Origin: an uncultured Akkermansia sp.
GTDB lineage: Bacteria; Verrucomicrobiota; Verrucomicrobiia; Opitutales; Opitutaceae
Length of the DNA stretch: 64,000 bases
Direction: 5' to 3'
Assembly: GCA_964438755.1 (NCBI GenBank)
Contig: CAYTLL010000009.1
Span: 29,518-93,517 of the forward strand
Shown here: in pieces, positions 10,001 through 19,372 of the stretch
Layout: each line of letters starts with the position of its first letter
Numbering within the stretch: position 1 is the stretch's first letter
Program-made: the position numbers and the translations under genes
Notes under the pieces: generated by a model
Told to the model about the DNA's origin: nothing
Seen by the model: only the letters and a program-made list of their open reading frames with translations
The model's database searches: none

Positions 10001-10037
10001 CTGCAAGGGCCTCGGCGGCCAGGAAGCGGCCGGATAG
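7020..10037 (+). CDS. FAD-binding + (Fe-S)-binding fusion oxidoreductase, YdiJ-like (2-hydroxyacid dehydrogenase type)
   Basis: The N-terminus is an FAD_binding_4-type region (PLIPRAAGTSLAGQVVGSGVVVDL). The middle has 4Fe-4S Cys clusters (CTGVGECRKTH...MCPSY, CLSCKACKSECPSS). The C-terminus has Cys-rich CCG-type repeats (GCCGMAG, GTSCRHQI). Overall size and layout resemble E. coli YdiJ. I preferred the ATG at 7020 over the TTG at 6981. Confidence 0.85.
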   Translation: MNTPSPAALSGLRSLAPRFDGELHLDDTVRAIYATDASEYQEMPLAVAFPRSEAALGELVAFACRERVPLIPRAAGTSLAGQVVGSGVVVDLGRHLNRVLAIDPTARRVRVQPGVIRNELNLALKPHGLFFAPETSTANRAMIGGMVGNNSCGANSIVYGSTRDHLVVARGFLGDGSLVSFGPLTREEFAAKCAGPDMLETRLYREIRDLLGSAENRALIRDNFPKPTVTRRNTGYALDQLIECGVFDPASDKPFNLCRLLAGSEGTLFLGVEFELNVEPLPPPGALLCAHFASVPESLRAAVIAMRHRPFGCELIDRTILECTKANLEHAKNRFFVEGDPGAVLVVERRDADPAERDAALARIAADFRAAGLGYAFPVLHGADCDRVWELRRAGQGLVNNVVGDAKPREIVEDTAVAIEDLPAYIDEFDALMRGKYGIECIYYAHAGAGELHTRPLFDLKRAEGRKMFRDIATDVAALVKKYRGSLSGEHGDGRLRGEFIPFMVGPECYAMMRRVKALFDPLGIFNPGKIIDTPPMDSSLRHAAVHGPGPGGAATVAHEPAHETVFNFDADQGVLRAAEKCTGVGECRKTHLSGGTMCPSYMATRDEKDSTRARANLLRQALSRTGADAKANPWDDESVAAVMDLCLSCKACKSECPSSVDLARLKAEWLQHYHDAHGVPLRSRLVAGFAKSMRLAALAPSLYNRVVGTPVFARAIKRFAGFATERSLPALHATTLAAWHRRHANPAHLGYPNGRVFLFCDEFTNYNDTPVGIKAVELLNRLGYEVVIPEHVESGRAHLSKGLVRDAKAFAIRNVELLSSVVTDASPLIGIEPSALLGFRDEYPDLVPASLREPARALARRALLIDEFIAREADAGRIRADSFAARELVIKLHGHCHQKALSSLTPTVKMLELPRGHSVRLIPSGCCGMAGSFGYEREHYEVSQRVGELVLFPTVRATPEEVEIVAPGTSCRHQIKDGTGRDARHPIEILHAACKGLGGQEAAG

Positions 10038-10431
10038 GGAGGCGAGACGTCGCCGGAGGCGGATGAGGGTGGCGAGGCGGGAGCGGGGCGCCGTATTCGT
10101 GGGGATTTGTCTATCCTCCGAAGGCGCGTGGCGAAATCGCGTCCGCCGCCTTGGGGGCTGTCTTCAAAATAAACCGGCGGAAAATTTCTGGCGGGAACCA
10201 CCCGTTTTTCGCGCTGGATGAGATGTCGGCCCCCATCGTTCCGCCAATCCCGCCCGCGTCCTTCTTTTTCCCGAGTTTCCTTCGCTGTTTTATCCCAAGT
10301 TGATGCCTCCTCGGCTCATATTTTTCGCCTGGCGAGATTGGCATGGCGGTCGACGCCTCTTTCGCGCCGAGTTTTGTTTCCCCCGGCGCTCTTTCTTTTC
10401 GTCCAGCCCCGCCCCTTTCCCCGCTATCCGT

Positions 10432-12837
10432 ATGCTCTCCCGTTCCGCTCTCCTCGCCGTCGCCGCCTTTGGTTTTGCCGCTCCTTTTGCGAAGGCGGCC
10501 CCCGTCCCGGTTTTGGCCGAACCCTTTCCGCTCGATCGCGTCCGCCTGCTGCCCGGACCCTTCCTCGACGGCCAGCGGGTCGACGCCCGCTACTTGCTCG
10601 AGGTCGTGGAGCCCGACCGCTTGCTCGCCGGCTTTCGCGCGCAGGCCAAGTTGCCGAAAAAGGCCGAGCGCTACGGCGGCTGGGAGGCCCGCGGGATCAA
10701 CGGTCACAGTCTCGGCCACTACCTGTCGGCCTTGTCCGCCTTGCACGCCGCCACCGGCGAGCCCCGCGCCCTCGAACGCGTGAACTACATCGTAGCCGAG
10801 CTCGCCGTCTGCCAGCAGGCCAACGGCGACGGCTACGTGCTCCCGGTCAACAAGCGCGTCTACGAGGACCTCCGCGCCGGCCGCATCAAGGCCTCGGGCT
10901 TCTCGCTCAACGACGAGTGGGTGCCCAACTACACCCTGCACAAGGTCTTCGCCGGCCTGCGCGACGCCTATCGCCTGACCGGGAACAAGCAGGCGCTCGA
11001 AGTCGAGCGCCGCCTCGCCGACTACCTCGCCGGCGTCTACGAGAAGCTCTCGCCCGCCCAGGCGCAGGAGATCCTCAGGTCCGAGTTCGGCGGCATGAAC
11101 GAGGTCTTCGCCGATCTCACCGTCGACACCGGCGATCCGCGCTATCTCCAGCTCGCCCGCACCGTGTTTCACCACGACGCCATCCTCGACCCGCTCGAGG
11201 CCGGACGCGACGAGCTCGACGGCAAGCATGGCAACACCCAGGTCCCGAAGCTCGTCGGCCTCGCCCGCGAGTATCAGCTCACCGGCGACCAGGCCGCCCT
11301 CCGCGGCGTCGAGACCTTCTGGGACAGCGTCGTCAACCGCCGCTCTTTCGCCAACGGCGGCCACGGCGACCACGAGCACTTTTTCCCGCCCGCGCAGTTC
11401 CCGCAGAAGCTCGGCCCGCAAAACGCCGAGACCTGCAACACCTACAACATGATCAAGCTCGCCGGGCTGAAGTTCAGCTGGGAGCCGAAGGCCGCCGACA
11501 TGGATTTCGTCGAGCGCGGCCTGATCAACCACGTCCTCGCCAACCTCGGCCGCCAGCCCGGCGAGTTCGGCTACTTCCTTCCCTTCGGCGACGTCGCCTA
11601 CAAGACCTTCTCCACCACGGGCGACTCCTGGTGGTGCTGCGTCGGCACCGGCATGGAAAACCCCGCCCGCTACGGCGAGCAGGTCTACTTCCATCACGAC
11701 GACGACCTGTGGGTGAACCTCTACCTCGCCTCGCGTCTCGACTGGCGCGAACGCGGCGTCGCCCTTCGCCAGGAAACCGCCTTCCCCGATTCCGACGCCG
11801 TGCGCTTCGTCGTGGAGGCCGCCAAGCCCGCGCGCTTCACGCTTCGCCTGCGCCACCCCGCCTGGTGCGCCCTCCCCGAGCTGAAGGTGAACGGTCGCCC
11901 GCAGCCTGTCGCCTCCACGCCGAGTTCCTACCTCGCCGTCGAGCGCGAGTGGCGCGACGGCGACGTGATCGAGCTTCGCCTGCCGATGAGCCTGCGCACC
12001 GAGCCGCTGCCCCACTCCGACGGCAAGATCGTCGCGCTCATGTATGGCCCCCACCAGCTCGTCGCCGTGGTGCCGTCCGCGCCCGGCGTCGCCGATCCCG
12101 CCAAGCAACGTTACGGCGACCACCTGAAGTCTCCCGGTCGCGTTTCCACCACGCCGCCCGTGCTCATCGCCGCCGACACCGCCAAGCTGCTCGCGTCCAT
12201 CGGCACCGACGCTGCCGCCGGCTTCGGCGCCTTCCGCGTCTCCGGTTCCGTGATGCAGCCCGCCGACCTCGCGCTCGTCCCCTTCCACCGCGTCTACCAG
12301 GAGCACTACGCCGCCTACTTCCCCCTCTACACGCCCGAGGCCTGGGCCGCCCGCCAGGACGAGATCCGCGCCAAGGAGGCCGCGCGCGCCGCGCTCGAGG
12401 CCGCGACCCTCGATCGCGTCGAGCCCGGCTTCCAGCAGTCCGAGGTCGAGCACCAGTTCGCCTCCGACCGCAGCGAGACCGGCGACTTCCGCGACCGCAA
12501 GTGGCGCGACGCGCTCCCCGGCGGCGGCTGGTTCTCCTACCGCCTGGCGGTCAGCCCGGACAAACCCGTCGCTCTCGTCACCACCCACTGGGGCGGCGAC
12601 CGCGGCCGCGAATACGAGCTCTGGGTCGACGACCACCGCATCGCGGTCCGTCTGCCCGCCGGTGACCGTGAGGGCTTTTTCGACGCCGCCTACGCGCTCC
12701 CGCCGCAGCTCACCCGCGGCAAGACCCACGTCACCGTCCGCCTCGTCGCTACCAAGGTCCGCTCCGGCGCCTTCGGCTTCCGCATCCTCGAAACCGGCTC
12801 CGTCACCGAGGCCCAGTGGCGCAACGGCGCCCGCTGA
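10432..12837 (+). CDS. Beta-L-arabinofuranosidase-like glycoside hydrolase, GH127/GH146 (DUF1680) type, secreted
   Basis: The signal peptide is MLSRSALLAVAAFGFAAPFAKA. The N-terminal DUF1680 block is GWEARGINGHSLGHYLSAL. The Zn/Cys catalytic-centre pattern matches that of HypBA1-type enzymes: AETCNTYN (E-x-C) and WWCCVGTGMEN (CC pair). Confidence 0.8.
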   Translation: MLSRSALLAVAAFGFAAPFAKAAPVPVLAEPFPLDRVRLLPGPFLDGQRVDARYLLEVVEPDRLLAGFRAQAKLPKKAERYGGWEARGINGHSLGHYLSALSALHAATGEPRALERVNYIVAELAVCQQANGDGYVLPVNKRVYEDLRAGRIKASGFSLNDEWVPNYTLHKVFAGLRDAYRLTGNKQALEVERRLADYLAGVYEKLSPAQAQEILRSEFGGMNEVFADLTVDTGDPRYLQLARTVFHHDAILDPLEAGRDELDGKHGNTQVPKLVGLAREYQLTGDQAALRGVETFWDSVVNRRSFANGGHGDHEHFFPPAQFPQKLGPQNAETCNTYNMIKLAGLKFSWEPKAADMDFVERGLINHVLANLGRQPGEFGYFLPFGDVAYKTFSTTGDSWWCCVGTGMENPARYGEQVYFHHDDDLWVNLYLASRLDWRERGVALRQETAFPDSDAVRFVVEAAKPARFTLRLRHPAWCALPELKVNGRPQPVASTPSSYLAVEREWRDGDVIELRLPMSLRTEPLPHSDGKIVALMYGPHQLVAVVPSAPGVADPAKQRYGDHLKSPGRVSTTPPVLIAADTAKLLASIGTDAAAGFGAFRVSGSVMQPADLALVPFHRVYQEHYAAYFPLYTPEAWAARQDEIRAKEAARAALEAATLDRVEPGFQQSEVEHQFASDRSETGDFRDRKWRDALPGGGWFSYRLAVSPDKPVALVTTHWGGDRGREYELWVDDHRIAVRLPAGDREGFFDAAYALPPQLTRGKTHVTVRLVATKVRSGAFGFRILETGSVTEAQWRNGAR

Positions 12838-12903
12838 GCGCCCGCGGTTGAACACGCTCCATCCGCGCCCCGTCACGTTCTCCTTCCTTTTCTAAAACAC
12901 CCC

Positions 12904-14820
12904 ATGCTCCGCCACGTTCTGCTCGCCCTCGCGTCGGCCGTCCTCCTCCGGGCGTCCGACCTCACGCTCACCCTCGACGCCGCCGCTCCCGCCGGCCGCG
13001 TCAGCCCCACGCACTACGGTCTCATGACCGAGGAGATCAACTACAGCTACGACGGCGGCCTCTACGCCGAGCTCGTGCGCAACCGCTCCTTCCGCGACGA
13101 CGCCACGCGTCCCGTGCACTGGAGCGCCGTCGGCGACGCCACGCTCGCGCTCGACACGGCGAAGCCCTTCAACGCCGCGCATCCCTCCAGCCTCCGCGTC
13201 GAGTTCGCCAAGCCCGGCGCCGGTCTCGCCAACGCCGGCTACTGGGGCTTTCCCGTCACGCCGGCCACCGCCTACCGCGCGACTCTCCACGCGCAGGCCG
13301 GCGCCGGGTTCGCCGGCTCGCTCACCGTCGCGCTCCAGAGCACCGACGGCGCCACCACCTACGCCAGCGCCACCGTCCCGGCGCTTTCGTCCTCGTGGCA
13401 GGCCTACGAGCTCACGCTGAAAACCAAGCGCGGCGTGAAGCCCACCAGCGACGCCCGCCTCGTCGTCACCTCAAGCAAGCCCGGCGCGGTCTGGCTCGGC
13501 TTCGTCTCGCTCTTCCCGCCGACCTGGAACGACCGCCCCAACGGCCTCCGCCGCGACATCATGCAGATGCTCGTCGACCTGAAGCCGAAGTTCCTTCGTT
13601 TCCCCGGCGGCAACTTCCTCGAGGGCGACACCATCGACACGCGTTTCAAGTGGTGGGAAACCCTCGGCCCCGTCCACGAGCGCCCCGGCCACCAGGGCAC
13701 CTGGGGCTACCGTTCCAGCGACGGCATGGGCCTGCTCGAGTTTCTCCTCTGGACCAAGGACATGGGCGCCGAGCCCGTGCTCGGTCTCTACGCCGGCTAC
13801 TCGCTCAAGGGCGACTACGTGAAGCCCGGCCCCGACCTCGAGCCCTTCATCCGCGAGGCGCTCGACGAAATCGAATACGTCATGGGTCCCGTGACCTCCA
13901 AGTGGGGCGCGCGCCGCGCCGCCGACGGCCACCCCGAGCCCTTCCCGCTCCGCTACGTCGAGATCGGCAACGAGGACTGGTTCGACAAATCCGGCAGCTA
14001 CGACGCCCGCTTCGCCCAGTTCTTCGACGCGATCAAGGCCCGTTATCCCCAGCTCAAGTGCATCTCCAGCACCGGCAACGAGCAGCCCGCCGCCAAGCGC
14101 GTGAAGAGCCGTCGTCCCGACGTGCTCGACGAGCATTACTACCTCAAGACCGCCGAGTTCCTCGCCCGCTCCCCGGCCTTCTTCGACAATTACGATCGCT
14201 CCGGTCCGGAGATCTTCGTCGGCGAATGGGCCGCGCACGAGACCGCCTTCCCGCCCTGGGACAAGCGTTCCAAGGGTCTCGCCGCCACGCCCAATTTCTA
14301 CGCCGCCCTCGGCGACGCCGCCTTCATGACCGCGATGGAGCGCGCCTCCGATCTCGTCACGATGCAGTGCTACGCGCCGCTCTTCGCCAATCTCAACGAC
14401 TACCAGTGGCGCCCCGACCTCATCGGCTACGACGCGCTGCGCAGCTACGGCGCCCCGAGCTACCACGCCTTCAAGCTCTTCAGCACCCGGCTCGGCGACC
14501 AGATCATCCGCCCCGTCTTCTCCGGCGAGTCGAAGCTCCACGCCTCCGCCACGCGCGACTCCCGCGACGGCAAGCTCTACGTGAAGCTGGTCAACGCCGA
14601 GGACTCCCCGCGTCCGCTCGACATCGAGGTCCGCGGCGTTCGCGGCCTCGCCCGCAAGGTCCGGGTCGAGACGCTCTCCGGCGCGCCCGACGCCACCAAC
14701 ACGATCGACGCGCCGCTCGCCGTGTCCCCCGTCGCCTCGGCGGTCCGCGCGAAGGGCGACTCGGTCCCCTGCGTGCTCCCCGCGCATTCAATCACCGTTC
14801 TCACGATCCAGACCCGCTGA
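12904..14820 (+). CDS. Alpha-L-arabinofuranosidase, GH51
   Basis: A signal peptide is followed by HYGLMTEEINYSYDGGLYAELVRNRSF, FLRFPGGNFLEG, the acid/base region YVEIGNEDW and the nucleophile region IFVGEWA, plus a C-terminal beta-sandwich. Confidence 0.9.
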   Translation: MLRHVLLALASAVLLRASDLTLTLDAAAPAGRVSPTHYGLMTEEINYSYDGGLYAELVRNRSFRDDATRPVHWSAVGDATLALDTAKPFNAAHPSSLRVEFAKPGAGLANAGYWGFPVTPATAYRATLHAQAGAGFAGSLTVALQSTDGATTYASATVPALSSSWQAYELTLKTKRGVKPTSDARLVVTSSKPGAVWLGFVSLFPPTWNDRPNGLRRDIMQMLVDLKPKFLRFPGGNFLEGDTIDTRFKWWETLGPVHERPGHQGTWGYRSSDGMGLLEFLLWTKDMGAEPVLGLYAGYSLKGDYVKPGPDLEPFIREALDEIEYVMGPVTSKWGARRAADGHPEPFPLRYVEIGNEDWFDKSGSYDARFAQFFDAIKARYPQLKCISSTGNEQPAAKRVKSRRPDVLDEHYYLKTAEFLARSPAFFDNYDRSGPEIFVGEWAAHETAFPPWDKRSKGLAATPNFYAALGDAAFMTAMERASDLVTMQCYAPLFANLNDYQWRPDLIGYDALRSYGAPSYHAFKLFSTRLGDQIIRPVFSGESKLHASATRDSRDGKLYVKLVNAEDSPRPLDIEVRGVRGLARKVRVETLSGAPDATNTIDAPLAVSPVASAVRAKGDSVPCVLPAHSITVLTIQTR

Positions 14821-14828
14821 TTCTCTCC

Positions 14829-16304
14829 ATGCCTTCCTTCCGTCCCTTCGCCTCGCTTCTCGCGCTCGCCGGCCTCGCCTTCGTGTCCGGCTGCGCGAGC
14901 CGTGTCGAAACCTCGTCCGCTTCGTCCGCCCCGGTCGCGCCGCCTCCGCCGCCCGAACCGACGAGCGCGTATTTGTTCGCCCACTTCACCGGCGAGTCGC
15001 CGCGCGGCGAGCAGATCTACTTCGCGGTGAGCGAGGACGGGCTGAACTGGACCGACCTCAACAACTCCGAGCCGGTCCTTCTCTCCGACCTCGGCGACAA
15101 GGGCGTGCGCGATCCGTCGATCATCCGTTCCGCCGACGGGAAAAAGTTCTACCTGCTCGCCACCGATCTTCGCATCGCCAACGGCAAGGGCTGGGACGCC
15201 GCCCGGTTCCACGGCAGCCCCTCGCTCGTGTTCTGGGAGTCGACCGACCTCGTGAACTGGTCGCGGCCCTGGATGGTCGACGTCGCCTCCGCGATCCCCG
15301 AGGCCGGCTGCGCCTGGGCGCCCGAGGCGATCTTCGACGAGACCCGCGGCGACTACTTCGTCTACTGGGCCACCATCTCGCCGCTCAACGGCGTGCGCGA
15401 GGCCCGCATCTACGGCGCCCGCACGAAGGATTTTCGCATCTTCACCCCGCCCGAGCTCTACATCGAGCGCGCCGGCTCGGGAGTGGACGGCGGCGACATC
15501 ATCGACACGCAGATCATCGAGGTGAAGGGCCAGAAGCACCGTTACTACCGCGCCTCGCGCGACACCCAGATCACGCTCGAGGGCGCCGACTCGATCTCGG
15601 GCGTCTGGGAGCGCATCGGCGATCTCGCCCATCTCGGTTACACCGGCAAGCAGGTCGAGGGACCGATCCTCTTCCCGTTTAACCAGGCCCATCAGTGGGG
15701 CCTCCTCGTCGACCAATACGCCGCCGGCCGCGGTTACCTGCCGCTCGTCTCCACCGATCTGGACGACGCCCGCGGCTTCCACGTCATGCCCGCCAACAGC
15801 TACTCGCTCGGCGCCAGCCGCAAGCGCCACGGCGGCATCCTCAACATCACCCGGAGCGAACTCGCCGCCCTCCGCGCCAAGTGGCCCAGCCAGCCCGTCG
15901 TCCGCATCGCGCCCCTCGCGCAGCCCGACCGCTCCGTCCGCCACGCCGAGTTTCGTATCCGCGCCGACCGCGACGTGCGTCCTCTCGACGACGCGCGCTG
16001 GCGCCTCGTTCCCGGCCTCGCCGGCGGCGCCGACGCGGTCTCTTTCCGCGCGGTCAACTTCCCCGGCCATCACCTCGTGCTCTCCGCCGGCGGCCTCGGG
16101 CTCGCGCCCGACGACGGCCGGGCCGACTACGCCGCCCGCGCGACTTTCCGCCGCGTCCCCGGGCTCGCCGATCCGGCCGGCGTCTCCTTCCGCCTTCTCG
16201 GCGAAACCGAGCGCTATCTTCTGCTCCAGGACGGCGCGTTGATCCACGGCGTCGCCGCGTCGGACTCCGAGCGCCGCCGCGCCACCTTCCTCGTCCGCGA
16301 ATAA
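14829..16304 (+). CDS. GH43-type five-bladed-propeller hydrolase with C-terminal AbfB (CBM42-like) domain, lipoprotein
   Basis: The lipobox is LAFVSGC. The propeller block is YLFAHFTGESPRGEQIYFAVSEDGLNW...GVRDPSIIRSADGKKFYLLATD. The C-terminal roughly 140 aa (VRHAEFRIRADRDVRPLDDARWRLVPGLAG...VSFRLLGE) resemble the arabinofuranosidase-B arabinose-binding domain. The gene starts 8 bp after the GH51 stop. Confidence 0.8.
   Translation: MPSFRPFASLLALAGLAFVSGCASRVETSSASSAPVAPPPPPEPTSAYLFAHFTGESPRGEQIYFAVSEDGLNWTDLNNSEPVLLSDLGDKGVRDPSIIRSADGKKFYLLATDLRIANGKGWDAARFHGSPSLVFWESTDLVNWSRPWMVDVASAIPEAGCAWAPEAIFDETRGDYFVYWATISPLNGVREARIYGARTKDFRIFTPPELYIERAGSGVDGGDIIDTQIIEVKGQKHRYYRASRDTQITLEGADSISGVWERIGDLAHLGYTGKQVEGPILFPFNQAHQWGLLVDQYAAGRGYLPLVSTDLDDARGFHVMPANSYSLGASRKRHGGILNITRSELAALRAKWPSQPVVRIAPLAQPDRSVRHAEFRIRADRDVRPLDDARWRLVPGLAGGADAVSFRAVNFPGHHLVLSAGGLGLAPDDGRADYAARATFRRVPGLADPAGVSFRLLGETERYLLLQDGALIHGVAASDSERRRATFLVRE
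15211..15370. repeat. 160-bp block identical to the reverse complement of 23261-23420
   Basis: I compared the two copies base by base. acggcagcccctcgctcgtgttctgggag...gactacttcgtctactgggc matches the reverse complement of 23261-23420 with no mismatch. The flanks on both sides carry substitutions. Confidence 0.85.
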
Positions 16305-16319
16305 ACCCTCCCGCGCTCC

Positions 16320-17393
16320 ATGCATCGCCGTTTCCTCGCCACCCTCCTCGGCTTCGCCGCCCTCGCGCTCGCGCCGGGCTGCGTCCATCGCGCCGAGTCC
16401 GCCGCCGCGAAGGTTCCTTCCGAGCGCGAGATGGCCGCCTACCTGCTCGTCTATTTCAAGGACGACACCCACGGCCTCTATTTCGCCCTCAGCTCCGACG
16501 GCTACACCTTCACCGACGTCAACGGCGGCAAGCCGATCTTCCGCGGCGAGGACCTCGCCGAGCAGAAGGGCATCCGCGATCCCTACCTCACGCGCGGCCC
16601 GGATAACGTGTTCTACATGGCGATGACGGATCTGCACATCTTCGCGCAGAAGGCCGGCTATCGCGACACCGAGTGGCAGCGCGACGGCCGCGCCTACGGC
16701 TGGGGCAACAACCGTTCCCTCGTGCTCATGAAGTCGAAGGATCTCCTTCACTGGGATCGCACTAACCTTCGCGTCGACCAGGCTTTCCCCGCGCTTGCCG
16801 ACATCGGCTGCGCCTGGGCTCCTTCGCTCATCTACGACCAGGAGACGAAGCGCATGCTCATGACCCTCACGATGCGCTTCGGCAACGGCCGCAACGCCCT
16901 CTACTGGTCGCACCTCAGCCCCGACTTCACCCGCCTCGAAAGCGAGCCCAAGCGACTCTTCGAGGCCTATCCCGGCGACAAGACCTGCATCGACAGCGAC
17001 CTCATCCATGTCGGCGACAAGTATCGCCTCTTCTACGTCCCGCACGACGGCACGCCCGGCATCAAGCAGGCCGTCTCCGACAAGCTCACCTCCGGCTACG
17101 CCTACGATCCGCGTTACCTCGATCCCGAGCCCAAGGCCTGCGAGGCGCCCAACGTCTGGAAGCGCATCGGCGAGGACAAGTGGGTGCTCATGTATGACAC
17201 CTACGGCATCGCGAAGCACAACTTCGGCTTCTGCGAGACCACCGACTTCGAGACCTTCAAGCCCGTCGGTCGCTTCAACGAGGGCGTGATGAAGACGGTG
17301 AACATCGAGTCGCCCAAGCACGGCGCCGTCATCCACCTCACCGCCGTCGAGGCCCGCCGCCTCGCCGACCACTGGAAGCTCGAGCGCTTTTAG
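16320..17393 (+). CDS. GH43-like beta-propeller glycoside hydrolase, lipoprotein
   Basis: The lipobox is LALAPGC. The layout is like the neighbouring GH43-type gene (YLLVYFKDDTHGLYFALSSDGYTF...GIRDPYLTRGPDNVFYMAMTD...GCAWAPSLIYD). Subfamily not assignable by eye. Confidence 0.6.
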   Translation: MHRRFLATLLGFAALALAPGCVHRAESAAAKVPSEREMAAYLLVYFKDDTHGLYFALSSDGYTFTDVNGGKPIFRGEDLAEQKGIRDPYLTRGPDNVFYMAMTDLHIFAQKAGYRDTEWQRDGRAYGWGNNRSLVLMKSKDLLHWDRTNLRVDQAFPALADIGCAWAPSLIYDQETKRMLMTLTMRFGNGRNALYWSHLSPDFTRLESEPKRLFEAYPGDKTCIDSDLIHVGDKYRLFYVPHDGTPGIKQAVSDKLTSGYAYDPRYLDPEPKACEAPNVWKRIGEDKWVLMYDTYGIAKHNFGFCETTDFETFKPVGRFNEGVMKTVNIESPKHGAVIHLTAVEARRLADHWKLERF

Positions 17394-17561
17394 GCCGGCC
17401 TTCTGGCCTGGAGGGCGGTCCTCTGTGGCCGCCGTTCGGCGTTCGCACCTGAAAACGAGCCTCTTCCGCCCTCCGTATCCTCCCCCCGTTTGCGGGCATT
17501 GTGACACGCCCTCGCTCCTCGTAATCTTCGCCTTTTCTCAACTCTTCCGTATCCCGTGACC

Positions 17562-19367
17562 ATGCTCCGCCCCGCCGCCCTCCTCCTTGCCGCCATGACC
17601 GCCCTCTCCTCCGCCGCGTCCGCGGCCGAAGCCGACTTCCACGCCTGGGCGGCCACGCCTCCCATGGGTTGGAACAGCTGGGACTGCTTCGGCACCACCG
17701 TCACCGAGGCGCAGACCAAGGCCAACGCCGACTTCATGGCCGCCAAGCTCAAGTCCCATGGCTGGCAATACGTCGTCGTCGACATCCAGTGGTATCAGCC
17801 CACCGCGACCGGCCACGACTACGTCCCCGGCGCCAAGCTCGTGATGGACGAATACAGCCGTCTCCAGCCCGCGGTGGAGAAGTTCCCCTCCGCCGCGAAC
17901 GGCGCCGGCTTCAAGTCCCTCGCCGGTTACGTCCACGGGCTCGGCCTCAAGTTCGGCATCCACCTCATGCGCGGCATCCCGCGCCAGGCCGTGAAGCAGA
18001 ACACCGCCATCCTCGGCACCGACAAGCGCGCCGCCGACATCGCCGACACCTCCAGCGTCTGTAGTTGGAATCCGGATATGTATGGCGTCGATATCCGCCG
18101 CCCCGGCGGCCAGGAATACTACGACTCCCTCATGGCGATGTATGCCGGCTGGGGCGTCGACTTCATCAAGGTCGACGACATCGCCCGCCCCTACGACGAG
18201 GTGCAGAAGCTCGAGATCGAGGCCATCCGCCGCGCCATCGCCAAGACCGGCCGCCCCATCGTCTTCAGCCTCTCGCCCGGCGAGACCCCGCTCGCCCGAG
18301 GCGAGCACGTGGCCGACCACGCCAACATGTGGCGCATCAGCGACGACTTCTGGGACAACTGGCCCGCCCTTCGCTCGCAGTTCAAGCGCCTCCACGACTG
18401 GACCCCGCACCGTCGCACGGGCGCCTGGCCCGACGCCGACATGCTCCCGCTGGGCACCATCGAGTTCGGCCGCCAGACCAAGTTCACCCGCGACGAGCAG
18501 TTCACCCTCATGACCCTCTGGTCCATCGCGCGCTCCCCGCTCATGCACGGCGGCGACATGACCAAGACCGACGACTTCACCCTCTCGCTTCTCACCAACG
18601 ACGAGGTCCTCGCCGTCAACCAGCGCAGCGAGAACAACCGCCAGCTCTTCCGCACCGACGACGGTCATGTCGCCTGGGTCGCCGACGTCCCCGGCTCCGC
18701 CGACAAATACGTCGCGCTCTTCAACATCGGCGAAGCCTACCAATCCGCGCGCAAGCTTCAGGAGACGTCGATCGTCACCCGGAACACCCCCGGCCACGGC
18801 GTCGCCCTCGACGTCGATGTCTCCGGCGCGAAGGTCCTCCACCTCGTCGCCGACGAGGCCGACGGCGCGATCATGGGCGACCACGTCGTCTGGTCCGAGC
18901 CGCGTCTCGTCGGTCCCGCCGGAGAGCTTCGCCTCACCAAGCAGGGCTGGCTCTCCGCCTCCACCGGCTGGGGCAAGGTCGCGGTCGGCCTCGGCGCCGC
19001 CGGCAAGCCCCTTCGCCTGAACGGCAAGCCCGTGGCCGACGGCATCGGCGCCCATGCCCGCGCGCATCTCTCCTTCGCCGTGCCCGAGGGCTACACCCGT
19101 TTCCAGGCCTTCGCCGCGCTCGACGACGTCGCCGTCGGCCACGCCACCGGGGCGACCGTGCGTTTCTCTGTCTACGCCGGCGACCGCGCCGGCGACACGC
19201 CCGCGACCGTGCGCGTCCCGCTCGCCGATCTCGGTTTCTCCGGCGAGGCGAAGGTTCGCGATCTCTGGACCCGCGCCGATCTGGCCAACGCCAAGGGCGA
19301 GCTCTCCGCCGAGGTCGCCACCCACGGCGCGCGCCTCTTCCGCGTGAGCCCGGTGCAGGCGCGCTGA
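17562..19367 (+). CDS. GH27 glycosidase (alpha-galactosidase / beta-L-arabinopyranosidase family) with C-terminal NPCBM-like domain
   Basis: A signal peptide is followed by PPMGWNSWDCFG, GLKFGIHLMRG and VDFIKVDDI. The C-terminal roughly 190 aa (HVVWSEPRLVG...GWGKVAVG...LNGKPVADGIGAHARAHLSFAVPEGYTRFQAFAALDD) look like an NPCBM/NEW2 carbohydrate-binding module. A GTG at 17556 is an alternative start. Confidence 0.85.
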   Translation: MLRPAALLLAAMTALSSAASAAEADFHAWAATPPMGWNSWDCFGTTVTEAQTKANADFMAAKLKSHGWQYVVVDIQWYQPTATGHDYVPGAKLVMDEYSRLQPAVEKFPSAANGAGFKSLAGYVHGLGLKFGIHLMRGIPRQAVKQNTAILGTDKRAADIADTSSVCSWNPDMYGVDIRRPGGQEYYDSLMAMYAGWGVDFIKVDDIARPYDEVQKLEIEAIRRAIAKTGRPIVFSLSPGETPLARGEHVADHANMWRISDDFWDNWPALRSQFKRLHDWTPHRRTGAWPDADMLPLGTIEFGRQTKFTRDEQFTLMTLWSIARSPLMHGGDMTKTDDFTLSLLTNDEVLAVNQRSENNRQLFRTDDGHVAWVADVPGSADKYVALFNIGEAYQSARKLQETSIVTRNTPGHGVALDVDVSGAKVLHLVADEADGAIMGDHVVWSEPRLVGPAGELRLTKQGWLSASTGWGKVAVGLGAAGKPLRLNGKPVADGIGAHARAHLSFAVPEGYTRFQAFAALDDVAVGHATGATVRFSVYAGDRAGDTPATVRVPLADLGFSGEAKVRDLWTRADLANAKGELSAEVATHGARLFRVSPVQAR

Positions 19368-19372
19368 GCGCC

